DNA of 48,000 nucleotides from Iphinoe sp. HA4291-MV1 (GTDB lineage Bacteria; Cyanobacteriota; Cyanobacteriia; Cyanobacteriales; Nostocaceae): NCBI GenBank assembly GCA_019359415.1, contig JAHHHH010000023.1, positions 1 to 48,000 of the forward strand, read 5' to 3'. Shown piece by piece: positions 18,448 to 28,400 of this stretch (position 1 is its first letter; each line of letters starts with the position of its first letter). The notes under the pieces were generated by a model. It saw only the letters and a program-made list of their open reading frames with translations, ran no database searches and was not told where the DNA came from. The position numbers and the translations under genes were made by a program.

Positions 18448-21400
18448 TTATTTTCTCTCCATTGTACTTGGTAAACGATTACCATTTTCCATAATTGAGT
18501 ATTTCTTTATACGTCTCGAATCGCGAGAAATTGGCGCTATTGTAGGTAATTGCAGTCCAGAATCTTTGTCTTTCATCTGCTGAATCACCTTAGCCAGTTC
18601 GATTACGGTAGGTAATTCAAATAAGCAGCGTATAGGGAGTTCCACAGAGAAAGCTTCGCGCAACCGAGAAATAACTTGAGTGGCTAGTAGGGAATGTCCC
18701 CCTAATTCAAAGAAGTTATCGTGGATACCGACTTTCACCCCTAAGAGCTCAGTCCAAAGGTTAGCTAGGACCTCTTCGGTAGGATTGCGGGGAGCGACAA
18801 AGTTGTCTTTCAGACTCAGTTCAATATTCGGTGCTGGCAAAGCCTTACGGTCTATTTTGCCGTTGGGAGTTAGGGGCAAAGACGACAACATCACAAACGC
18901 CGAGGGCACCATGTAATCGGGTAGCTTCTGTTTTAGTAAGCCATGTAGTTCGCTGGTGCTGGGTGGGTTGAGGTTAGACACAATATAAGCAACTAGGCGC
19001 TTATTACCTGGTTGGTCTTCCCGTGCGATCGCCACTGCTTCCTGCACACTGGGGTGTTGACTTAGCAGTGCCTCAATTTCTCCCAACTCAATGCGGAAAC
19101 CACGAATCTTCACCTGCTGATCAATGCGACCAAGAAACTCAATGTTACCGTCCGCTAAGTAACGCACCAAGTCACCAGTTTTATATAAAAGACTTACTTT
19201 TGAATTTTGAATTTTGAGAGAAGTTGGAGCGGAGGTTCCCTCCGTCCCTTGCGCGTCTCCGGAGGAGACTCCAATCTTGCCCATAGGGCACGCTTGCGCG
19301 TTGGCGGAGCCTGCGCTTTGCGCATACGGTGATTTTGAATTTTCAAACGGGTTGGGGATGAATTTCTCTAGTGTCAACTCGGGGCGATTGAGGTAGCCCC
19401 TCGCTAAGCCAGCACCACCGATGTACAGTTCCCCAGGCACGCCGATAGGAACGGGTTGAAGATGACGGTCTAGAATATAGACTTGGGTGTTAGCGATCGG
19501 GCGACCGATGGGTGGCACTCCTTTGGCGTCGGTGCAAAGAGCCGTGGTAGCACAAACAGTCGATTCAGTTGGTCCATAACCGTTGAAGAAGCGTCGGTTA
19601 CCAGACCATTGCGCTACCAAATTCGGAGGACAAGCTTCTCCCGCTACGATGATAGTCTGCCAGTCTGGCAATTCCACAGTAGGCATGGCAGCCAACGCTG
19701 ACGGAGGAAGCGTAGCGTGGGTAATACCACCGTTGTGCATCAGTTCAATCAAAGCTGGTCCTGGGAGTAGAGACTCCCGCGTTCCCAAACAAAGCCGCGC
19801 CCCCGCGCAAAGCGTCATGACAACTTCCGAAATTGAGGCATCGAAACTAAAGGAAGCGAATTGCAGAACACGGCTATGAGACTGAACATCAAAAATGCGA
19901 ATCTGTTCTAAAGCAAGGTTGCACAATCCCTGATGGGCGACAAGGACGCCCTTCGGCTTTCCTGTAGATCCTGAGGTGTAAATCACATAAGCTAAGTTAC
20001 TCGCTTGCACACCAGTGCTTGGATTGTCTTGAGTTTGCCCACAAATGACCCCCCAGTCTGCATCCAAGCAAACCACAGGTGCTGTATGCTCAGGCAGATT
20101 TGCCGCCAACTTTTGTTGAGTTAACAGCACCTTAACCTGGGAATCTGATAACATGAAGCTTAATCTTTCCTGGGGATATGCTGGGTCTAAAGGTACATAA
20201 GCACCACCCGCTTTGAGAATTCCCAGCAGTCCCACTATCATTTCTAAAGAACGCTCGACGCAGATACCTATCAATATCTCCGGTCCGACTCCCAAGGTTT
20301 GCAGGTAATGCGCCAGTTGATTGGCACGTGCATTTAATTGTTGATATGTCAACTGCTGATTTTCAAAGACTACCGCCACTGCGTCCGGTGTGCGTTCCAC
20401 CTGTTGTTCAAACAATTGATGGATACACTTATCAGTAGGATACTCTATTTGGGTATTATTCCACTCAAAGAGCAACTGATGCTGCTCGTTGGTACTCAGC
20501 AGTGGTAATTGAGCAACTGATTGCTCTTGATTAGCAATGATGCCTTCAAGCAAGGTTTGGAAATGTGCAATCATCCGCGCAATCGTGGTCGCATCAAATA
20601 AATCGCTGTTGTACACCAATTCCCCACTCAGTCCCGCTTGTGTTTCCTCCATCGACAGGGTTAAATCAAAATTAGCAGTGACCTCCTCCAATTCCAAGGG
20701 AGTGATGGTCAAACCAGGCATTTCTAGTTTCCCCTCCAGAGCATTCTGCAAGACGAACATCACCTGGAACAGAGGAGCATGGCTGAGGGTACGCTCTGGT
20801 TGCAGTTCTTCGACCAGCTTCTCGAAAGGCAAGTCCTGGTGGTCATATGCTGCCAAGGTGATCTCGCGCACTCGTTGTAGTAGCTCATTGAAACTGGGAT
20901 TGCCCGATAAGTCAGTGCGCAGCACCAGCGTGTTGGCAAAGAAGCCAATGAGCGACTCAATTTCACTGCGGTTGCGGTTGGCGATCGCAGAACCAATAAC
21001 GATGTCTTCCTGAGTGCTGTAGCGTGAGAGTAAGGTGGAAAAAGCTGCCAACAGCGTCATAAACAGGGTTACACCTGATTGCTGACTTAGGGTCTTGAGC
21101 TTTTGTGTCACCTCTTGGTTGAGTTGAAAGTATTGAGTGCTACCTTGGAATGTCTGTACTGCTGGGCGGGGGCGATCGGTGGGGAGTTCCAGTAGGGGCG
21201 GTGCTCCTGCTAAGTGTTGCTTCCAGTAGTCCAGTTGTGTTTGCAGCACTTCTCCACTGAGCCACTCACGTTGCCAAGCAGCAAAATCCGCATATTGAAT
21301 CGGAAGTTCAGGAAATGGTAAGGGGCTTCCAGTAGAGAACGCTTCGTAGAAACCTGCAAGTTCCCGATAGAGGATTCCTAAGGACCAGCCATCAGAGGAA

Positions 21401-21933
21401 ATGTGATGCATCACCAAAAGCAGTACGTATTCTTCTTCACCCAGCCGCAGCAAGGTAGCTCGCAGCATCAAGTCAGAAGACAAGTTGAATGGACGTTGGA
21501 TTTCTTTTTTTAAGATTTGTTGAACTTCGGCTTCACTGTTGGTATTCGACCATTCACTCAAGTCAATCACTGACAGTTCCACCAACCTTCTCTCAGCAAT
21601 CATCTGCACTGGACTTCCATCCACAGAGACAAAAGTGGTACGCAGTGCCTCGTGGCGAGTTACGATCGCATTCAGCGTTTGTTGCAGTGCCCGTAGGTTG
21701 AGGATACCGATCAAGCGTACTGCTGTGAAAGTGTGGAAGGGGCGGTTAGACTCGAACTGATCCAAAAACCACAACCTTTGCTGAGAAAAGGACAGAGGGG
21801 AAGGAGCCGACGTTTCTCTGCGAGGAATTCTTTGCTTTTTGGCAACAGGAGTACTCTTTTTCATGAGGCGCTGCTGGAGTAGTGCCTGTTTTTCTGGAGA
21901 AAGATTAGCGATACGTTGACTCAAATCATTCAT
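18448..21933 (-). CDS. NRPS, one module: C-A-T (module 3)
   Basis: N-terminus MNDLSQRIANLSPEKQALLQQRLMKK is followed by C ~20480-21800 (LSFSQQRLWFLDQ, MHHISSDGWS), A ~18850-20440 (SFDASISE, NGYGPTESTVCAT, YKTGD) and T ~18600-18800 (FFELGGHSL). The A domain carries a ~39-aa repeat-derived insertion. Confidence 0.93.
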   Translation of the reverse strand: MNDLSQRIANLSPEKQALLQQRLMKKSTPVAKKQRIPRRETSAPSPLSFSQQRLWFLDQFESNRPFHTFTAVRLIGILNLRALQQTLNAIVTRHEALRTTFVSVDGSPVQMIAERRLVELSVIDLSEWSNTNSEAEVQQILKKEIQRPFNLSSDLMLRATLLRLGEEEYVLLLVMHHISSDGWSLGILYRELAGFYEAFSTGSPLPFPELPIQYADFAAWQREWLSGEVLQTQLDYWKQHLAGAPPLLELPTDRPRPAVQTFQGSTQYFQLNQEVTQKLKTLSQQSGVTLFMTLLAAFSTLLSRYSTQEDIVIGSAIANRNRSEIESLIGFFANTLVLRTDLSGNPSFNELLQRVREITLAAYDHQDLPFEKLVEELQPERTLSHAPLFQVMFVLQNALEGKLEMPGLTITPLELEEVTANFDLTLSMEETQAGLSGELVYNSDLFDATTIARMIAHFQTLLEGIIANQEQSVAQLPLLSTNEQHQLLFEWNNTQIEYPTDKCIHQLFEQQVERTPDAVAVVFENQQLTYQQLNARANQLAHYLQTLGVGPEILIGICVERSLEMIVGLLGILKAGGAYVPLDPAYPQERLSFMLSDSQVKVLLTQQKLAANLPEHTAPVVCLDADWGVICGQTQDNPSTGVQASNLAYVIYTSGSTGKPKGVLVAHQGLCNLALEQIRIFDVQSHSRVLQFASFSFDASISEVVMTLCAGARLCLGTRESLLPGPALIELMHNGGITHATLPPSALAAMPTVELPDWQTIIVAGEACPPNLVAQWSGNRRFFNGYGPTESTVCATTALCTDAKGVPPIGRPIANTQVYILDRHLQPVPIGVPGELYIGGAGLARGYLNRPELTLEKFIPNPFENSKSPYAQSAGSANAQACPMGKIGVSSGDAQGTEGTSAPTSLKIQNSKVSLLYKTGDLVRYLADGNIEFLGRIDQQVKIRGFRIELGEIEALLSQHPSVQEAVAIAREDQPGNKRLVAYIVSNLNPPSTSELHGLLKQKLPDYMVPSAFVMLSSLPLTPNGKIDRKALPAPNIELSLKDNFVAPRNPTEEVLANLWTELLGVKVGIHDNFFELGGHSLLATQVISRLREAFSVELPIRCLFELPTVIELAKVIQQMKDKDSGLQLPTIAPISRDSRRIKKYSIMENGNRLPSTMERK
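19200..19345. repeat. Heptamer tract interrupted by a 113-nt nested GC-rich dispersed-repeat insertion, all inside an open A-domain reading frame
   Basis: The layout is tgaattttgaattttga | 19218-19330 | gattttgaattttcaaa. The inserted segment shares blocks with 6035-6350 and 2745-2762. It is translated as SPYAQSAGSANAQACPMGKIGVSSGDAQGTEGTSAPTSL. Confidence 0.85.
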
Positions 21934-22223
21934 GGTTAATTGTTCCTAAAAATCACTTTGCTTTATTGACCAAGAAAGAACTCATCAAGCCAGAATGGAC
22001 TGCGTCCCGCTGCGCTAACAGTTGAGTATTCTGGGTGAGGTGGGTGAGGAGCAAAGTTATTTGTGGTGCTCCTCCGGTCATGAACGCATGCGAATGTATT
22101 TAAACGCGAGAGAAAAAAGAATTCTTTAAAACTGAACTTTGTGGATTTATCTATAAAATATTCATCAATTCTGAATTCAACGATTCCGGATTTTTCTCGA
22201 TAGTTACAGTGATGCTTAGTTTT

Positions 22224-22403
22224 AACAGTTATCAGTTATCACTGGGCAATGGGAATTGGGAATTGGGAATTGGGAATTGGGAATTGGGAATTGGGAATTG
22301 GGAATTGGGAATTGGGCAATTGAGGATTAGTCAAAAATGATTCTCCCCTGCTCCCCTGCTCCCCTGCTCTGCTCCCCTGTTCACTGATAACTGTTCACTG
22401 TTT
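22224..22403. repeat. Intergenic repeat cassette: inverted repeat arms enclosing GGGAATT x9 and CTCCCCTG x4 tandem arrays
   Basis: GGGAATT occurs nine times (22251-22313), flanked by gggcaat on both sides (22244-22250, 22314-22320). ctcccctg occurs at 22343, 22351, 22359 and 22372. acagttatcagt (about 22225-22236) is the reverse complement of actgataactgt (about 22386-22397). The cassette lies immediately 3' of the stop of the first NRPS gene and 5' of the next one. Confidence 0.85.
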
Positions 22404-25400
22404 TAGAGTTCTTCGAGTTCTTCCAATTCAGCCAAAATGCGAGCCATCTCTTCTTGCTCTGTCTCCTCAGCCATACTCCTGACGATACTTACTGCTAGAT
22501 CAGCCACAGTCTGCGTCTCAAACAGTGTACGCAGAGGAAGTTTCACCTGAAATACGTCATATATCCTGGAGATGACCTGAGTAGCTAGCAGAGAGTGTCC
22601 CCCTAACTCGAAGAAGTTGTGATGGATACCGACCTGTTCTAACCCAAGGATTTCAGTCCAAATGTCTGCCAGCACTTCCTCTACTGGAGTACGGGGTGCC
22701 ACGAAAGTGCCTTCTAATTCAGAGTGTGTGGGATCGGGTTCAGGAAGTGCCTTGCGGTCAACCTTACCGTTGGGAGTCAAGGGCATCTTCTCCAAAGTGA
22801 CGAACGCTGATGGTACCATGTAATCTGGTAGTTTCTCCTTGAGGAAACTGCGCAGTTCACTACTGGTGACAGTGAGTTCGGATTTGGGGACAACATAACC
22901 CACTAGGCGCTTGTTGCCTGGTTGGTCTTCCCTTGCGATGACTACTGCTTCCTGCACACTAGGGTGTTGACTTAGCACCACCTCAATTTCTCCCAACTCA
23001 ATACGGAAGCCACGAATCTTCACTTGGTAATCAATACGACCGAGAAATTCGATGTTGCCGTCTTTGAGGTAACGGGCTTTGTCGCCTGTTTTGTACAGGC
23101 GTGCACCCTCTTGTTGAGCAAAGGGGTCTGCAATAAAAGCCCGTTGTGTTTGTTGTGGATTGTGCAAATAACCACGTCCCACACCGACTCCGCCGACGTA
23201 GAGTTCTCCAGCCACTCCAAGGGGTACCGGTTGCAGTTGGCTGTCGAGTACGTAAAGCTGTGTATTTAACACCGCACGACCAATCGGCAGGTTGAGCATT
23301 TCCTCAGAAGGTGGCTCACAAATCGGGTAATGGGTGACATCATCCGAGCACTCGGTGGGACCATAGGCATTCATCATCGGGATTATCGGGTAGTACTCCA
23401 ACCAATGACGACACAACTGTGGTGGCAAAGCCTCACCCGTTAGCAGCAACCAACGCAACTTGGACAGTTGGGGTCGAGTAGAATCATTGCGATCTATTTC
23501 CTGGAGTATCATCCGCAACAGCGATGGCACTATCTCTAGAATCGATATTCCTTGATGTTCTACTACTGTTAGCAGTTGGGCGGGATCTGCGGCAATCTCA
23601 TCGCGGATAATGTGAACTTGCCCACCTACTAGCAGTGCTACCAGGAATTGCCAAACACTAATATCAAAACTTGCAGGGGCGGTTTGCGCTACGGTGTCGC
23701 GATCGCTTAGATGCAGGTCTTGTGCCTTGGCATACAAATGATTCAGCATCCCCCGATGTTCCAGCATTGCTCCTTTGGGCTTTCCAGTTGAACCTGAGGT
23801 GTAAATCACATATGCGAGATTGTCTGGCTTTGAGCGCACAGGCAGGTTTTCACTGGAGTGCTGTTGTTCTTCCATCTGCTCAAGCAGCAACAACTGTGGT
23901 GCTGTTACTTCTAAGGTATTGAACGCAGAGGTGACCATCGGTTCCAATTGGCTAGTTGTCAGCACCAAGGGCACCCGACTTTGCTCAAACACCTGAGCCT
24001 GACGCTCCACTGGATGGTGGGGATTGAGTGGTAAGTATGCCCCACCGGCTTTGAATACTGCTAGTATTGCTGTCAACAAATCTATGTTGCGATCGCTCAG
24101 CAAGGCAACCACGGTATCTGCACCAACTCCAAGTTCTACCAGATGCCTTGCCCAACGATTGGCGCGGGCGTTTAATTGCTGGTAGGTTAACACAGAGTTT
24201 TCAAACACTACCGCCACTGCATCTGGAGTGCGTGCTACTTGTGCTTCAAATAACTGAGGAAAACACTCCTGTAGCGGATATTCTGCTTTTGTATCGTTGT
24301 ATTCAAACAGCAACTGATGCCGCTCGGCTGTACTTAGCAGTGGTAATTGGGCAATTGGTTGTTGGGGATTGGCTACAATTCCTTCGAGTAAGTTTTGGAA
24401 ATGTCCAATCATCCGCTCAATCGTTGTCGCATCAAACAAATCCGTGTTGTACACCAATTTTCCACTCAGTCCCGCTTGGGTTTCTTCCATCGACACAAAC
24501 AAGTCATCAGTTGCGGTGACCTCTTCGAGTTCCAAAGAACTGATGGTCAAACCTGGCAGTTCTAGTTTTCCTTCCTGAGCATTCTGCAAGACGAACATTA
24601 CCTGGAACACAGGGGAATAGCTCAACGAACGCTCTGGTTGCAGTTCTTCTACTAGTTTCTCGAAAGGCAGGTCCTGGTGGTCATATGCCCCCAAGGTCAT
24701 TTCGCGCACTCGTTTTAAAAGCTCACTGAAGCTAGGGTTGCCCGATAGGTCAGTGCGTAGCACCAATGTGTTGACAAAAAAGCCAATAAGTGATTCTATT
24801 TCACTGCGGGTGCGGTTAGCTATAGGAGAACCAATGACGATGTCCTCCTGACCACTGTAACGTGAGAGTAAAGTGGTAAAAGCTGCCACCAGGGTCATAA
24901 ATAGGGTTGCTCCTGATTGCTGACTTAGAGTCTTGAGCTTTTGTGTCACCTCTTGGTTGAGTTGAAAGTATTGAGTGCTACCTTGGAATGTCTGTACTGG
25001 TGGGCGGGGGCGATCGGTCGGTAGTTCCAGTAAGGGCGGTGCTCCTGCTAAGTGTTCCTTCCAGTAGTCCAGTTGCGTTTGTAGCACTTCTCCACTGAGC
25101 CACTCGCGTTGCCAAGCCGCAAAGTCCGCATATTGAATCGGCAACTGGGGTAAACTAGAAGACTCTCCTGCACAGAAAGCTTTATACAGTGCAGACAACT
25201 CGTAGATGAATATCTCCATCGACCAGCCATCAGAGACGATGTGGTGCATCACCAGTAGCAGCACATGGGATTGTTCTCCCAGCCGTAGCAAACTCACTCG
25301 CAGCAGTGGATCATTTGAGAGGTCAAAGGGGCATGATCGCTCTTCGCTGGCTAGCCGTTGCACTACAGTAGACTGCTCCTGTTGAGGCAGATGTTGCAAG

Positions 25401-28400
25401 TCTACCACTGGCAAAGTTACGGTTAAGTTGGGGGTGATGACCTGCACTGGAGATCCATTTACCATCTTAAAGGTCGTGCGCAAAACTTCGTGACGCTGCA
25501 CGATTTCTTGCACAGCCATTTCCAGAGCGACTACGTTGAGGGAACCAGTGAGTCGCAGGGGTTCTGGCATGTTGTAGGTGGCAGTTTCCCCTTCTAGTTG
25601 GTTAAGGAACCACAGTCTAGTTTGAGCAAAGGACAGAGGTAGATCTGCGTTCCGTGAGACTGGTTCAATGGCAGGTACCTGTAGCCCCAAACCAGTATGG
25701 CGGGTTGCTTCGATCAACTCACTGAATTCTGCTACAGTGGGGAATTCAAACAAGCGGCGTAGGGGCAACTCCACCTCAAGCACAGAGCGTAAGCGAGAAA
25801 TCACCTGAGTTGCCAGTAGGGAATGTCCGCCCAACTCAAAGAAGTTGTCGTGGATACCTACTTGTTTCAGACTGAGGACTTCTGCCCACAGGTTGGCTAG
25901 AACTTCTTGCGTAGGAGTACATGGAGCGACAAAATTAGTAGTAAGACTCAGTGCCATATCGGGCGCAGGCAATGCGCGACGGTCTACCTTACCATTGGGT
26001 GTTAATGGCATGGCATCCAGGAAGACAAAGTTTGCAGGCACCATGTAATCGGGTAGCTGCTGCTTCAACAAGTGGCGCAATTCACTCAGGCTGGGGGGAA
26101 CTTGCTCCGGATGTACCACGATATATGCCACGAGCCGCTTGTCGCCAGGAACGTCTTCACGGACAATGACTACAGTCTGCAGAACTGCTGGGTGTTGGCT
26201 GACTACAGCTTCTATCTCTCCCAGTTCAATACGAAATCCACGTATTTTTACTTGGAAATCACTTCGTCCAATGTACTCTATAGTACTATCTGATAAATAA
26301 CGCGCTAAGTCCCCTGTTTTATACAGTCTCTTGCCTTCTCCTGTCGGAGACGCTGCGCGAACTGCCTTTTCAAATGGATTGGAGATAAATTTTTCATCTG
26401 TTAATTCTGGGCGATTGAGGTAGCCTCGTGCTAGTCCAACACCCCCAATATGCAGTTCTCCAGGTACGCCAATCGGTACTGGTTGTAGTTCAGCGTCGAG
26501 CAGATAAATTTGTGTGTTCGCAATTGGGCGTCCAATGGGAATTGTGGTCCCAGAGATTTGTGCTGCTCCTACTTCAAAGGCAGTTGACCAAATAGTAGTC
26601 TCTGTAGGACCGTACATATTCCAAATTGCAGCGCCTGTTGCTAATAATTGCTGCACCAAGTCACTAGGTAAGGCTTCACCGCCGCAGAGAATTTTCAACC
26701 CAGGAACGCCATTCCATCCAGCAGCTAGCAACATCCGCCATGTGGCTGGAGTAGCTTGCATCACTGTAGCACCAGCCGCAGCGATTTGCTTGCTTAGTAA
26801 GGAGGCATCGCTCGCCACTTCTCGTGTCACCAATTCAACACGCGCACCTGTTATCAATGGCAAATAAAGTTCCAAGGCGGCAATGTCAAATGATATTGTT
26901 GTTACCGCTAAGAGTACATCTGCTTGTGTTAATCCGGGTTGGCGCTGCATGGATGTTAAAAAATTGACCAAAGCACCGTGCTCTATTTGCACTCCTTTGG
27001 GCTTACCTGTCGAACCGGATGTATAGATGACGTACGCCAGATGATTAACTTTTGCCCATGGAACGGGATTTTCTGCATTTTGGGTGGCGATGTTTTCCCA
27101 ATCTGTCTCTAAGCAAATGACTTTAAATTGTGGCGGTGTTATATTCCCCAAGTCCTCCTTGTTCTGGAAGGCTAAAGGAGAACTGATTAACTGTGAAGAA
27201 TCAGTTAACAGCACTGATACTTGAGCATCTGACAGAATGAAATCTAGACGTTCCTGAGGATATGCCGGATCTAGAGGCACATAAGCCCCTCCTGCTTTGA
27301 GAATCCCCAGTAGTCCCACCATCATTTCTAGGGAGCGTTCAATACAAATGCCAACCAGTACATCCGGTCCGACACCTAAACTCCTGAGATAATGGGCTAA
27401 TTGATTCGCTCGGTTATTCAACTCCCTGTATGTCAGTTGTTGATTTTCAAATACTACCGCTACAGCGTTGGGAGTGCTTAAAGCTTGCTGTTCAAACAAC
27501 TGAGGAAAACACTGGTCGAAGGGATACTCTTGTTGTGTATCATTCCACTCAAAGAGCAACTTATGTCTCTCAACTGCACTCAGCAATGGTAATTGAGTTA
27601 TTTGTTGTTGGGGATTGGCTACAATGCCTTCGAGCAAGGTTTGGAAGTTGTCCGCCATGCGTTTGATCGTAGCTGCATCAAACAAATCTGTGTTATATTC
27701 CCACCAAGAGCGTAATCCTGACTCCGTCTCCTCCATAGACAAGGTCAACTCAAATTTGGCAGTGACGTTCTCCACCTCCAAGGGAGTGATGGAAAGCCCT
27801 GGCAGTTCCAGTTTCTCTCCTGGGTTATTTTCTAAAACGAACATCACCTGGAATAAAGGTGTATGACTGAGAGAACGTTCTGGTTGCAGTTCTTCGACTA
27901 GTTTTTCAAAGGGTAAGTCTTGGTGCTCATAAGCTCCCAAGGTCATTTCGCGCACTTGTTCTAGAAGCTCACTGAATGTGGGATTTCCCTGAATTTGCGT
28001 GCGCAGCACCAGAGTATTGGCAAACAAGCCGATCAGATCTTTAGTCTCAACATTGCGGTTAGCGATCGCTGATCCAACCAAGATGTCTTCCTGACTAGTA
28101 TAACGGTAGAGTAATGTCTTAAACGCTGTTAGTAGCGTCATGAACAAGGTGACTCCTTTCTCCTGGCTGAGGGCTTTGAGCGACTCGCTTAGGGGCTTAG
28201 GCAGCACCAGCAATTCTCTCGCTCCCTGAAAAGTTTGCACTGCCAGTCGAGGACGATCTGTGGGCAGTTCTAGCACGGGAGAGGCACCAGCTAATTGCTG
28301 CTTCCAGTAGGCGAGCTGTGTCTCTAGCACCTCCCCGGTTAGCCGCTGACGCTGCCAATGGGCGAAGTCTGCGTATTGGATGGAGAGTTCAGGCGGTGTA

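Noticed and set aside
22244-22379. Regularly spaced short repeats (also at 40832-40942 and 30490-30545), considered as possible CRISPR arrays.
   Set aside because: The units are 7-8 nt and directly abutting with no spacers, and no cas genes are present. These are cyanobacterial tandem heptamer (STRR-like) repeats.
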